From: Alphaproteobacteria bacterium
GTDB lineage: Bacteria; Pseudomonadota; Alphaproteobacteria; SMXQ01
Assembly: GCA_004356985.1 (NCBI GenBank)
Contig: SMXQ01000107.1
Span: 13,501-77,500 of the forward strand
Direction: 5' to 3'
DNA length: 64,000 nt
The notes under the pieces were generated by a model. That model did not search any database and had not been told where the DNA came from. It was given only the letters and a program-made list of their open reading frames with translations. Position 1 is the stretch's first letter. Every line of letters begins with the position of its first letter. Both the position numbers and the translations under genes were made by a program. This document shows, one piece after another, positions 28,860-39,125 of this stretch.

Positions 28860-29695
28860 GCGATATCCATCTCGATGACCGGGTCGCCATCGTCACCGGG
28901 GGCAGCCGGGGCATGGGCCGCGAGATGGGCGAAGCCATCATCGAGGCCGGCGGCCGGGCGGCGCTGCTGACGCCCGAAGCCGAAGAGCTCAAGGAAACCG
29001 TCGACGAGATCGCGTCAAACCACGGCGCCGACAAGGTGATGGCGCTGCCTTACGACATCCTTGATTACGGCCAATGCGAACGCGCCGTCGCTGAGACCCT
29101 GGAGTACTTCGGAGCCCTGCACGGGGTCGTCAACAACGCGGCGCTGGGCCAGCTCAACGTCATCGCGCCGGGCGCCGACGACACCAACTGCAAGTTCTTC
29201 GAGGCCGACCCCGAACGTTGGGCCCAGGTGATCCGCGTCAACGTGGTCGGCACCTACCACATGTGCCGCGCCGCGGTGGGTCACCTGAAGGACCAGGGCT
29301 GGGGCCGGCTGGTCAATGTCACCACCTCCATCGGCACCATGCAGCGCAGCGGCAACAGCCCCTATGGTCCGTCCAAGGGCGCCATCGAATCCGAAACCCT
29401 GGTGTTCGCCGCCGACCTGGTGGGCTACGGCGTGACCTGCAATTCCCTGATCCCGGGCGGCGCGGCGCGGACCAAGTTCGTGCCCGAGGCCTATTACAAG
29501 ACCCGCGATCTGGTGGAACCTTCGATCATGCGCGTGCCCATCGTCTGGCTGTTATCCGATCTCTCCGACGAGCACACCGGCGGGCGCTACGTGGCCAACC
29601 GATGGGATCACGGCGCTAACGACCCCAGTCTGGCGGCCGAGGCGGCGAAGGAACCGCCGGTGTTCAACCCGCCGCCGGAAGGGCGGCTCGACTGA
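28856..29695 (+). CDS. SDR-family oxidoreductase (paralog 2)
   Basis: IVTGGSRGMGREMG is clearly paralogous to the upstream SDR, and the sequence is collinear throughout. The start overlaps the upstream stop in an ATGA arrangement. Confidence 0.8.
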   Translation: MSDIHLDDRVAIVTGGSRGMGREMGEAIIEAGGRAALLTPEAEELKETVDEIASNHGADKVMALPYDILDYGQCERAVAETLEYFGALHGVVNNAALGQLNVIAPGADDTNCKFFEADPERWAQVIRVNVVGTYHMCRAAVGHLKDQGWGRLVNVTTSIGTMQRSGNSPYGPSKGAIESETLVFAADLVGYGVTCNSLIPGGAARTKFVPEAYYKTRDLVEPSIMRVPIVWLLSDLSDEHTGGRYVANRWDHGANDPSLAAEAAKEPPVFNPPPEGRLD

Positions 29696-29713
29696 CCCGC
29701 CGCATGGCCGGGG

Positions 29714-29754
29714 CACCTTCCGGCCAAGTGGTTCAAATGGGCCGGAAGGTGACC
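29714..29754. repeat. palindromic repeat unit (copy B1): ACCTTCCGGCC-aagtggttcaaatg-GGCCGGAAGGT
   Basis: Perfect 11-bp inverted arms, 19 bp after the SDR stop. The loop is the reverse orientation of the family core. Confidence 0.6.
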
Positions 29755-29759
29755 TAGGG

Positions 29760-30017
29760 CACTTCCGGGCCAAATTGAACCATTTGACCGGGATGATTTT
29801 GCCCCAAGGTTAGACGCGTGTCGCATGGCGATGCGGGGCATCGGCAAAGATACGCAACGACGCCTTGGGGGAAAAGCACCCGACCTACGGTGGGGCTCAT
29901 GGGCTTCCAGGGTGCGTTGCGGCTCTTGCCCGATGCACCGCATCGCGCTTCGAACCGCGCCTACCCTGGAAGCCCATGAGCCCCATCAAATTGATTCAAT
30001 TTGGCCCGGAAGTGACC
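29760..30017. mobile_element. MITE-like composite element (~258 bp) with terminal inverted repeats of the palindromic repeat family and nested internal inverted repeats
   Basis: Left end CACTTCCGGGCCAAATTGAACCATTTGACCGGG (29760-29793) and right end CAAATTGATTCAATTTGGCCCGGAAGTGACC (29987-30017) are inverted copies. Inside is a perfect 22-bp inverted repeat, TGGGGCTCATGGGCTTCCAGGG at 29891-29912 and CCCTGGAAGCCCATGAGCCCCA at 29965-29986, plus a further imperfect inverted pair (29828-29847 and 29925-29945). There is no ORF. The right end abuts the mutS stop codon. Confidence 0.45.
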
Positions 30018-32743
30018 TAGTCCCCGGCCGAGACGATGCCCTTGAGCCGGTAGAGGAGTTCCAAGGCCTGGCGCGGGGTAAGCTCGTCGGGATTGACCTC
30101 ATCAAAGGCCTGTTCCAGTGCGCTCGGCCCCCGCCGCGTCATCGCCGCCGCGAACAGCGGCAGGTCGTCGGCCAGGCGGGAGACCGCGTCGGCCTTTTCG
30201 CCCTGTTCGATGGCGCAGAGCACCTCTTCCGCCCGGTCGAGCGCCGCCTTGGGGAGACCCGCTAGGCGGGCCACGTGAATGCCGTAAGAGCGATCCGCCG
30301 TGCCCGGGCCCACGGTATGGAGGAACACCACCTCTCCCTTCCATTCCTTGACCCCCATGGCGTGATTGGACAGCTCGTGAAGGCGTGCGGAAAGCTGGGT
30401 CAATTCGTGGTAATGGGTGGCAAATAGGCCGCGGCAGGCGTTGACCTCGTGCAGGTGTTCGATGATCGCCCAGGCGAGCGACAGCCCGTCGAAGGTAGCG
30501 GTGCCGCGGCCGATTTCGTCGAGGATCACCAGCGCGCGCGGCCCCGCCTGATGGAGGATGGTGGCGGTTTCCACCATTTCCACCATGAAGGTGGAGCGGC
30601 CCCGGGCGAGGTCGTCGGCGGCACCGACGCGGCTGAAGAGACGGTCGACCACGCCGATATGGGCGGCCGCGGCGGGCACGAAGCAGCCGACCTGGGCGAG
30701 GATGGCGATCAGGGCGTTCTGGCGCAGGAAGGTGGACTTGCCGGCCATGTTGGGCCCGGTCACCAGCCACAACCGGCTGGCTTGGCGGCCGGCCTCGGTT
30801 TCCTCTTGGTCATGGGCCGCGCCGGGTTCGGCCGCACCAAGGCCTTGGTCGGTGAGGTCGCAATCGTTGGCCATGAAAGGGGCCGCGCCGGCCCGGCGCA
30901 GGACCTGTTCCACCACCGGGTGCCGGCCGCCCTTGACGCGAAAGGCGAGGCTGGCGTCGACCTGCGGCCGGCAATAGGCGCCTTGGCGCGCCAGCGCGGC
31001 AAAACCCGCCGCCACGTCGAGCCAGGCCAGGGCGCGGGCGGTCCTGGCGATGGGCTCGGCATTGTCCTTCACCGCGCCCGCCAACCGCTCGAATATTTCC
31101 AGCTCGAGGGCCAGCGCCCGGTCCGACGAGCGGGCGATGGCGGTTTCCAGGTCCACCAGTTCCTCGGTGTTGAAACGGACCACGGAAGCCAGGGTTTGGC
31201 GGTGGTGGAAGAAATGCTCCTCGCCGTCGGGACCTTTCGCGCCGGTCATGCCGTCGGCCTGGCTGGCGCGCGTTTCGATGAAATAGCCGAGCACGTTGTT
31301 ATGGCGGATGCGCAGGTTTTTGATCCCCGAACACGACCGGTAGCGGCTTTCCAGATTGGCGATCAGCCGCCGGCTTTCATCGCGAAGCGCGCGGGTTTCA
31401 TCGAGCGCGGCATCGAACCCGGGCGCGACCAACCCGCCGTCCCGGGTGAGCAGCGGTAAATCCGCCGCCAGTGCCTTGTCCAAGAGGCCGATGAGCGCGC
31501 CATGATCACCGAGGTCTGCGATCCATTGGGCGACCAGCGGCGGCGGCGGCGCGAGCGGGCGCGCGCCATCCTTGGCGAGGGCCGCTTTGAGGTCCTGGGC
31601 GCCGCGCAAGCCATCGCCGACAGCGGCGAGGTCGCGGGGACCGCCGCGGCCCAGGCTGACCCGTGCGAGGGCGCGTTCCACGTCGGGTAGCCCGTCCAGC
31701 GCCTTGGCGACGGCGCCGCGCGGACCGGGTGTGCCGTCTTCGTCGCCGACGAACCAGGCCACGGCGTCGAGCCGGCGGTTGATGAGCTCCGCGTCGGTCA
31801 AGGGGGCGGCCAGCAGCGCCGTCACCAGGCGCCCGCCGGCGCCGGTCAAGGTGCGGTCGATGACCTCGAGCAGGCTGCCGCCGCGGCCGCCGCCGATGGC
31901 TTGTGTCAGTTCCAGGTTGCGCCGCGTCTGGGGGTCGATTTCCATGGCCTCGCCTTGGTCGATGCGCCGGGGCGGGTCGATGCGCGGCAGGCTCCCTTTC
32001 TGGGTCAATTCGACATAGTTCACCAGGGCCCCGGCGGCGGCCAGCTCGGGGCGGGTGAAGCGGCCAAAGCCGTCCAGCGACGCCACCGCGAACAGCTTTT
32101 CCAGGCGGCGCGCGCCATTGCCGGAATCGAACAGGCTTGCGGGCTGGGCGGTGACGGTGGTGCCGGCCTCCTCGCCAAGCTGTTCGAGGATGGCCGCCAG
32201 TTCGGGCTTGGCATTGAGGCGATCGGACAGCAGCAGTTCACCCGGCTCCACCCGGGCGAGGACCGATGGAAGCCGCGCCAGCGTCACCGGCTGGGCGAAA
32301 AATTCGCCCGTGGAAATGTCGAGCCAGGCGAGCCCCAGCGCGCCTTGGGCTTCGGCCAGGGCGGCGAGAAAATTATTGCGCTTGGCGTCAAGCAGCGCTT
32401 CCTCGGTCAACGTGCCGGGGGTGATCAGCCGCACCACCTCCCGGGCGACCACCGCCTTGGCGCCCCGCTTCTTGGCCTCCGCCGGGTCCTCGATCTGGTC
32501 GCAGACGGCGACCTTGAAACCTTTTCTGATGAGGCGCGCGAGATAGCTATCGGCGGAATGGACCGGCACCCCGCACATGGGGATGTCCTCGCCCAGGTGC
32601 TTTCCGCGATGGGTCAGGGCGATGTCCAGCGCCCGCGCGGCGGCGAAGGCGTCATCGAAGAAGAGCTCGTAAAAATCGCCCATGCGGTAGAACAGGAGGC
32701 CGTCGGGATGCGCCGCCTTGATGCGCAGGTACTGGGCCATCAT
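30017..32743 (-). CDS. mutS: DNA mismatch repair protein MutS
   Basis: [32 protein letters not shown] matches the MutS N-terminus, and a Walker [10 protein letters not shown] follows. The start is uncertain, since the ORF extends to 32905. Confidence 0.9.
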   Translation of the reverse strand: MMAQYLRIKAAHPDGLLFYRMGDFYELFFDDAFAAARALDIALTHRGKHLGEDIPMCGVPVHSADSYLARLIRKGFKVAVCDQIEDPAEAKKRGAKAVVAREVVRLITPGTLTEEALLDAKRNNFLAALAEAQGALGLAWLDISTGEFFAQPVTLARLPSVLARVEPGELLLSDRLNAKPELAAILEQLGEEAGTTVTAQPASLFDSGNGARRLEKLFAVASLDGFGRFTRPELAAAGALVNYVELTQKGSLPRIDPPRRIDQGEAMEIDPQTRRNLELTQAIGGGRGGSLLEVIDRTLTGAGGRLVTALLAAPLTDAELINRRLDAVAWFVGDEDGTPGPRGAVAKALDGLPDVERALARVSLGRGGPRDLAAVGDGLRGAQDLKAALAKDGARPLAPPPPLVAQWIADLGDHGALIGLLDKALAADLPLLTRDGGLVAPGFDAALDETRALRDESRRLIANLESRYRSCSGIKNLRIRHNNVLGYFIETRASQADGMTGAKGPDGEEHFFHHRQTLASVVRFNTEELVDLETAIARSSDRALALELEIFERLAGAVKDNAEPIARTARALAWLDVAAGFAALARQGAYCRPQVDASLAFRVKGGRHPVVEQVLRRAGAAPFMANDCDLTDQGLGAAEPGAAHDQEETEAGRQASRLWLVTGPNMAGKSTFLRQNALIAILAQVGCFVPAAAAHIGVVDRLFSRVGAADDLARGRSTFMVEMVETATILHQAGPRALVILDEIGRGTATFDGLSLAWAIIEHLHEVNACRGLFATHYHELTQLSARLHELSNHAMGVKEWKGEVVFLHTVGPGTADRSYGIHVARLAGLPKAALDRAEEVLCAIEQGEKADAVSRLADDLPLFAAAMTRRGPSALEQAFDEVNPDELTPRQALELLYRLKGIVSAGD

Positions 32744-33176
32744 CGGCGTCGCGCCGGCCGTAGGGCCGCCCGCCGGGGGTTTTTTCGCGTCTTTCACGTC
32801 CGCGGTCGCGTGCTGGGACAAGGATCGATGCCTCCCGCCGGTGGATCGACGCGCCCAGGGCCCGGGCCGCCGGCGCCGGCAATCACCGTCGGGATAGCTT
32901 ATCACAGCAACCGGCCGGGACTGAAGGGGCGGTCCGGAAAGACCGGGCGGCCGGTCCCCCTGGCGGAAAATTTCGCACCTCCCGCCACGTTCACCATCCG
33001 GTGGAAATAAGGCCGGTGGCGACTATGGGCTTGGCAAGCGGCGAAAACCGGGTAAGTCTCCACAGTTTGAGCCGCCGCCGACGTTCCGGTCATCGGCACC
33101 GGAGCGCCCTGCGGCGGCCCCAAGACCGCCCGGCACCACCGCCGAGCCCAAAACAACCGCATCAGGGAAATCCGTC

Positions 33177-35450
33177 ATGGCGAACAATTCCGACCGGGAA
33201 CTGGACCAAGAGGCCCTGGCCTTCCATGCGAGGGGCCGCCCCGGGAAGATCGAAATCGTGCCCACCAAGCCGCTGGTCACGCAACACGACTTGGCCCTCG
33301 CCTATTCCCCCGGCGTCGCCGCGCCCTGTCTGGCCATCGCCGACGATCCGGCCAAGGCCTACGACTACACCGTGCGGGGCAATTTGGTGGCGGTGATAAC
33401 CAACGGGACGGCGGTTCTCGGGCTCGGTAACCTGGGCGCGCTGGCCTCCAAGCCGGTGATGGAGGGCAAGTCGGTCCTGTTCAAGCGTTTCGCCGATATC
33501 GACGCCATCGACCTCGAGGTGGGGACCGAGGACGTCGACGAATTCGTCGACTGCGTCCGTCATCTCGGCCCCAGTTTCGCCGGCATCAACTTGGAAGACA
33601 TCAAGGCGCCGGAATGCTTCATCATCGAGCAGCGCCTCAGGGAATTGATGGATATCCCGATCTTCCATGACGATCAGCACGGCACCGCCATCATCGCCGC
33701 CGCCGCGCTGATCAACGCGTTGGACATTACCGGGCGCAACATCAAGGACATCAAGATGGTGGTCAACGGCGCCGGGGCCGGCGCCATCGCCTGCGTCGAA
33801 CTCGCCAAGCGGATGGGCGTGGGCCATGACAACGTCATCATGTGCGACACCGCGGGGGTCATCTATCAAGGCCGCGAAGAGCGCATGAACCAGTGGAAAT
33901 CGGCCCACGCGGCCGACACCAAGGCGCGCACCCTGGCCGATGCCATGAAGGGGGCCGACGTCTTCTTCGGCCTTTCCGTGAAAGGCGCGGTGAACCAATC
34001 CATGATCAAATCCATGGCCAAAAAACCCATCGTCTTCGCCATGGCCAATCCCGCCCCCGAAATCACCCCCGAGGATGTCGCCGAAGCCCGCACCGACGCC
34101 ATCGTCGCCACCGGCCGGTCCGATTATCCCAATCAGGTCAACAACGTGTTGGGTTTCCCCTATATCTTCAGGGGCGCGCTGGATGTCCGGGCCCGGGCCA
34201 TCAACGACGAGATGAAGGTGGCGGCGGCGGAAGCGCTCGCCCTGTTGGCCCGCGAGGACGTCCCCGACGAAGTTTCCACCGCCTATCGGGGGGCGCGGAT
34301 GCGCTATGGGCCCGAATACATCATTCCGGTCCCCTTCGATCCCCGGCTGATCTCGGCGGTGCCGCCGGCAGTCGCCAAGGCGGCCATGGAAACCGGTGTC
34401 GCCGCCCTGAAAATCGAGGACATCGAAGAATACAAGGCCCAACTGTCGGGCCGGCTCGACCCCACCGCCGACGCCCTTCATCACATTTCCCGGGAAGTGC
34501 GCGCCAACCCGCGCCGCGTGGTTTTCGCCGAAGGCGAGGAGGAAAAAGCCGTTCGCGCGGCGGCGGCCTTCAAGAACGCGGGCTACGGGACGCCGGTTCT
34601 GGTCGGCGTCAAGGACCGCATCATCGAAACAATGGAACGGGTCGGCATCGCCAATCCCGACGAATTCGAAATCACCAATGCCGGCCTGTCATCGCGCAAT
34701 GCCGAATACATGGACTACCTGTACACGCGCATGCAGCGGCGCGGCGCGCTTAAGCGCGATTGCCAGCGCCTGGTGAACCAGGACCGCAACACCTTCGCCG
34801 CCTGCATGGTCATCCATGGCGACGCCGACGCCATGGTGACCGGGCTGACGCGGTCGTCTTTCGTCTGTCTCAACGATATCCGCCGGGTGATCGATACCCG
34901 CCAGGGCGAGATCCCGTTCGGCCTGACTATGCTGGTGGCCCGCGGCCGCACGGTGTTTATCGCCGATACCATGGTCCACGAGGTTCCGGCTCCCGAGGAA
35001 CTCGCCGATATCGCCATCCAGGCCGCGGCCAAGGCGCGCCAGATGGGGCACACGCCCCGGGTCGCCCTTTTGTCGTTTTCGACCTTCGGCGAACCGCTGC
35101 GCGACAAAGGAAAACGCATCCGCGAGGCGGTGGACATCCTCGACAGCCGCAAGGTGGATTTCGAATACGATGGCGAGATGGCGGCCGACGTGGCGCTGAA
35201 CACCGAGCTGCGGGGCGAGCATTATCCGTTCTGCCGCCTGTCGGGGCCGGCCAACGTACTGATCATGCCGGCCTTGGACCCGGCCAACATATCGTCCAAA
35301 CTGATGCAGGAACTGGGCGGCGGCACGGTGATCGGACCGTTGCTGCTGGGCCTGGAGAAGCCGGCCCAGATCGTGCCCATGGGGGCGACGGTATCGGAGA
35401 TCGTCACCATGGCGGCGCTGGCCGCCCACGAGACCCTGCACCAGCACTGA
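33177..35450 (+). CDS. maeB: NADP-dependent malic enzyme (malic enzyme plus phosphotransacetylase-like domain)
   Basis: The 757-aa ORF has a malic enzyme N-terminal half ([22 protein letters not shown]) and a PTA-like C-terminal half. Confidence 0.95.
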   Translation: MANNSDRELDQEALAFHARGRPGKIEIVPTKPLVTQHDLALAYSPGVAAPCLAIADDPAKAYDYTVRGNLVAVITNGTAVLGLGNLGALASKPVMEGKSVLFKRFADIDAIDLEVGTEDVDEFVDCVRHLGPSFAGINLEDIKAPECFIIEQRLRELMDIPIFHDDQHGTAIIAAAALINALDITGRNIKDIKMVVNGAGAGAIACVELAKRMGVGHDNVIMCDTAGVIYQGREERMNQWKSAHAADTKARTLADAMKGADVFFGLSVKGAVNQSMIKSMAKKPIVFAMANPAPEITPEDVAEARTDAIVATGRSDYPNQVNNVLGFPYIFRGALDVRARAINDEMKVAAAEALALLAREDVPDEVSTAYRGARMRYGPEYIIPVPFDPRLISAVPPAVAKAAMETGVAALKIEDIEEYKAQLSGRLDPTADALHHISREVRANPRRVVFAEGEEEKAVRAAAAFKNAGYGTPVLVGVKDRIIETMERVGIANPDEFEITNAGLSSRNAEYMDYLYTRMQRRGALKRDCQRLVNQDRNTFAACMVIHGDADAMVTGLTRSSFVCLNDIRRVIDTRQGEIPFGLTMLVARGRTVFIADTMVHEVPAPEELADIAIQAAAKARQMGHTPRVALLSFSTFGEPLRDKGKRIREAVDILDSRKVDFEYDGEMAADVALNTELRGEHYPFCRLSGPANVLIMPALDPANISSKLMQELGGGTVIGPLLLGLEKPAQIVPMGATVSEIVTMAALAAHETLHQH

Positions 35451-35815
35451 GCCCGCCCCTGGGCGCCGGCGGTCGACGCACCGCATTCCGGCGATCGGGT
35501 TCGCGGCTCTCCCCGGCCCAATCGCCGGCGCCGGAAACCGGTGATTCCAGAGCATTTTTCCGTGGAAAATTGGTTCTACAAAGCGCCGGCCAGGACCGCC
35601 CGCGATGCTTGTCGCGGAAATATTTGTGTTGGGCTTTACGCTGTGTTACCAGAAACCCATCCTGCGAAAAATAAGGTCTGCCGTCGCCACCTAAAACCTG
35701 TGTTTCCAGTATCTAGGGCACTATTCGGAATGTGGTGTTAAGGTTTTGCTTATAGACAGTCCCCGCGGTTCACATCAAAAAGCACCTGCCGGGGATGCAG
35801 CCAGGGAGTCGTCGG

Positions 35816-36496
35816 ATGCCAATATCCAATACCTTGATGAATCTGTTTGGACCATCGCCCTTCAAACCGTTGCAAGCGCACATGCGCGTGGTGGTGCAGT
35901 GCGCCGGCAACGTGCCTCGGTTGTTCGACGCCCTGTGCGACGACGACAGGAAGGAAATGAAAAAGATCCGGGACGAGATATTCACCCTCGAAAACAAGGC
36001 GGACGAGATCAAGAACGAGCTTCGCTCGCATCTCCCCAAGAGCATTTTCATGCCGGTGGATCGACGCGACCTGCTGGAGATCCTCGACCTGCAGGATTCG
36101 ATCGCCGACACCGCCCAGGACATCGCCGGCATGCTCATGGTGCGCCGCCCCAAGGTCCTGGATTCGATTCGCGAGCCCCTGACCGACCTGACCCAACGCT
36201 GCGTGGACGCGTGCAATCAGATGGCGGCAATCATGGAGCATCTCGACGAGCTGGTGGAAACCGGCTTCCGCGGCCCCGAGTCCGATGTGGTGGTGGTGAT
36301 GATCGACGAACTCAACCGCATCGAGACCGATACCGACCAGAAGGGCATAGCCGTCCTGCGCGAACTCTTCGCCCACGAGAGCGAAATCGACCCGGTGTCC
36401 CTGATGGTTTGGCACCGGTTGATTCATTGGGTGGGCGATCTCGCCAACTATTCGGAAAAGGTCGGAAACCGGCTGCGTCTGCTCGTGGCGCATTAG
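35816..36496 (+). CDS. DUF47/TIGR00153-family protein (PhoU-like, pit-accessory)
   Basis: A DUF47-like helical protein lies immediately upstream of a PiT transporter gene, the conserved pair. The start is uncertain (ATG at 35795, 35816 or 35837). Confidence 0.7.
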   Translation: MPISNTLMNLFGPSPFKPLQAHMRVVVQCAGNVPRLFDALCDDDRKEMKKIRDEIFTLENKADEIKNELRSHLPKSIFMPVDRRDLLEILDLQDSIADTAQDIAGMLMVRRPKVLDSIREPLTDLTQRCVDACNQMAAIMEHLDELVETGFRGPESDVVVVMIDELNRIETDTDQKGIAVLRELFAHESEIDPVSLMVWHRLIHWVGDLANYSEKVGNRLRLLVAH

Positions 36497-36530
36497 CGTT
36501 ATTCCGGTCCGGCCAAGGTGACCGGATGCC

Positions 36531-37796
36531 ATGACCGTCATCGCCGAGCACGGCACCGCCCTGATCGCCTTGGCGGTGATCTTCGGCCTGTTCATGACCT
36601 GGGGGATCGGCGCCAACGACGTCGCCAACGCGCTGGGCACCTCGGTCGGTTCCGGCGCCATCACGGTGCGCACGGCGATCATCATCGCGGCGATTTTCGA
36701 ATTCCTGGGCGCGGTCCTCGCCGGTGGCTACGTCACCAAGACGATCCGCAAGGACATCATCGATCCCAGCTCCATCGCCGACAATCCGGAAATCCTCGTT
36801 TTCGGAATGTTGGCGGCGTTGCTGGCGGCGGGCACCTGGTTGACCATTGCGTCGATCAAGGGATGGCCGGTATCGACCACCCATTCCATCGTCGGCGCCC
36901 TAGTCGGCTTCGCCGTCGCCGGGATCGGCTTCGACGCCGTCAACTGGGGCAAGATCGGCCAGATCGTCACCAGTTGGGTGATTTCCCCGGTTCTTGGCGG
37001 CCTTGTCGCCTTTGCCTTGATGATAAGCATTCGCCGGTTGATTCTGAACACCGAGAAGCCCTTCGAAAGCGCCGTGCGATGGGCCCCGGTCTACGCCTTC
37101 ATGGTCGGCTTCATCATGGCCCTGGTGACCCTGTTCAAGGGGCTGAAGCACCTCAATTTCAACCTGAGCATCCCCATGAGTTTGGCTCTGGCGGCGGCGA
37201 TCGGCTTGGCCGTCGCCCTGGTCGCGCGCATTTTCATAAAACGGGTCCGCATCGACGAGTCGGCGGACCGGCACTTCCAATTCGCCAGTGTCGAAAAGGT
37301 CTTCGTGCCGTTGATGGTCCTGACCGCCTGCGCCATGGCCTTCGCCCATGGTTCCAACGATGTCGCCAACGGCATCGGGCCGCTGGCGGCGGTTCTCGCG
37401 CTGGTCCGATCGGGCGGCGATATGGCACAGACCTCGCCGGTGCCCCTATGGGTGTTGCTGCTGGGCGGCGCCGGGATCCTGGTCGGGTTAGCGACCTACG
37501 GCTACCGGGTGATGCAAACCATCGGCACCAAGATCACCCAACTCACGCCCACCAGCGGATTCTGCGCCACCATGGCGGCGGCGGCGACGGTGGTTTTGGC
37601 ATCGCGGATCGCCATCCCGGTCTCGACCACCCACATCGCCGTCGGCGCGGTCATGGGGGTCGGTTTGGCGCATGGTTTCGCGGCGCTCGATCTCCGGGTG
37701 GTGGGAAAAATCTTCGTCTCCTGGGTGGTGACCCTCCCCGTGGGAGGCGCCCTGTCGGCGTTCTTCTTCTTCTTCTTGAAGGGCGTGTTCGCCTGA
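36531..37796 (+). CDS. pitA: inorganic phosphate transporter (PiT family)
   Basis: The 421-aa ORF has duplicated PiT signature regions GANDVANA and SNDVANGIGP. Confidence 0.9.
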   Translation: MTVIAEHGTALIALAVIFGLFMTWGIGANDVANALGTSVGSGAITVRTAIIIAAIFEFLGAVLAGGYVTKTIRKDIIDPSSIADNPEILVFGMLAALLAAGTWLTIASIKGWPVSTTHSIVGALVGFAVAGIGFDAVNWGKIGQIVTSWVISPVLGGLVAFALMISIRRLILNTEKPFESAVRWAPVYAFMVGFIMALVTLFKGLKHLNFNLSIPMSLALAAAIGLAVALVARIFIKRVRIDESADRHFQFASVEKVFVPLMVLTACAMAFAHGSNDVANGIGPLAAVLALVRSGGDMAQTSPVPLWVLLLGGAGILVGLATYGYRVMQTIGTKITQLTPTSGFCATMAAAATVVLASRIAIPVSTTHIAVGAVMGVGLAHGFAALDLRVVGKIFVSWVVTLPVGGALSAFFFFFLKGVFA

Positions 37797-37929
37797 GCAG
37801 GGAGAGGCCGGCCCGCGCCTCGATAGCCGTGGATTAATCGGGTCCGGGCCCAACTCCCCATGCCGTCATTGGGCCCCACGGGGGCTCCTCAAAGGCGGTG
37901 GCGGCGCCCTCACGGACCCCGGCGGGTGG

Positions 37930-39051
37930 TCAGCCGATCGCCTCCCGGGCGGGCTTGAGCGGAAGGCCGAGGCTCTCGGCCACCGCGGCATGGGTGATTT
38001 CGCCGCCATGCACGTTGAGTCCGGCCAAAAGGTGGGGATCGTCGGCCAACGCCGCCATCACCCCGTTATCGGCCATGGCCCTGACGAAGGGCAGCGTGGC
38101 GTTGTTGAGGGCGAAGGCCGATGTGCGCGGCACCGCGCCCGGCATGTTGGTGACGCAATAATGGATCACGCCGTGTTCCAGGTAGACCGGATCCCCATGG
38201 CTGGTCGGGCGCGAGGTCTCGAAACACCCGCCCTGGTCGATGGCGACATCGACGATAACCGAACCCGGCCGCATGCGGGCCACCAGGTCCTTGGACACCA
38301 GTTTCGGGGCAACCCCGCCGGGCACCAGCACCGCGCCGATCACCAGGTCGGCCGCCGCCACGGTTTGCTCGATGACCGTGGCGTTGCTCTGCAGGGTCTT
38401 GAGTTGGGCGCCGAACACCAGGTTCAGGGCGGCCAGCTTGTCAACCCCCCGGTTGAGCACGGTGACGTCGGCGCCGAGGCCCATGGCCATGCGCGCCGCC
38501 TCCCGGCCGACCGCGCCGGCCCCCAACACGGCGACCCGCCCGGGCGCCACCCCCGGCACCCCGCCGAGCAGGATTCCGGCGCCCCCTTGGGCCTTTTCCA
38601 GGTAATGCGCCCCCACCTGGACCGCCATGCGCCCGGCCACCTCGCTCATGGGGGCGAGAAGGGGAAGCCCGCCCGAGGAATCGGTCACCGTCTCATAGGC
38701 GATGGCCGTGGCGCCGCTCTCCATGAGCCCCCGCGCCTGATCGGCATCGGGCGCGAGATGGAGATAGGTGAACAGGGTCTGGCCATGGCGCAGCAGGGCG
38801 ATCTCTTGGGCCTGTGGTTCCTTGACCTTGATCACCAATTCGGCGTCTTCGAACACTTCGCCCGCGTCGGTGGCGATGGCGGCGCCGGCCCTCTCGAAGT
38901 CTTGGTCGCCGATGCCGATGCCCACGCCGGCGCCGGTTTCGATCACGACATGGTGTCCGCCACGGACCAGTTCCGCCACGCTGGCCGGCACCAGGCCGAC
39001 CCGGTATTCATGGGTCTTGATCTCCTTGGGAACGCCCACCCGCATGGTCAC
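37930..39051 (-). CDS. ald: alanine dehydrogenase
   Basis: [20 protein letters not shown] followed by the NAD-binding region VLGAGAVG is classic Ald. Confidence 0.9.
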   Translation of the reverse strand: MTMRVGVPKEIKTHEYRVGLVPASVAELVRGGHHVVIETGAGVGIGIGDQDFERAGAAIATDAGEVFEDAELVIKVKEPQAQEIALLRHGQTLFTYLHLAPDADQARGLMESGATAIAYETVTDSSGGLPLLAPMSEVAGRMAVQVGAHYLEKAQGGAGILLGGVPGVAPGRVAVLGAGAVGREAARMAMGLGADVTVLNRGVDKLAALNLVFGAQLKTLQSNATVIEQTVAAADLVIGAVLVPGGVAPKLVSKDLVARMRPGSVIVDVAIDQGGCFETSRPTSHGDPVYLEHGVIHYCVTNMPGAVPRTSAFALNNATLPFVRAMADNGVMAALADDPHLLAGLNVHGGEITHAAVAESLGLPLKPAREAIG

Positions 39052-39125
39052 TTCCGCCTATGGATTCCCCGTGAAATCCGCCCGATAGGGAACGGCCGCC
39101 ACTCTGTCGCGGACACCCCGCGCCG

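Noticed and set aside
29987-30017. Alphaproteobacterial LexA SOS box (GTTC-N7-GTTC) within the repeat copies next to mutS and nth
   Set aside because: The repeat core GAACCATTTGACC does not have a second GTTC/GAAC half-site at the required spacing. The DNA-repair association of two copies is probably coincidental.
35541-35741. 66-aa ORF (MIPEHFSVENWFYK…) in the maeB to DUF47 intergenic region
   Set aside because: No RBS, atypical composition, and it lies in what looks like a regulatory leader region. It is probably non-coding.
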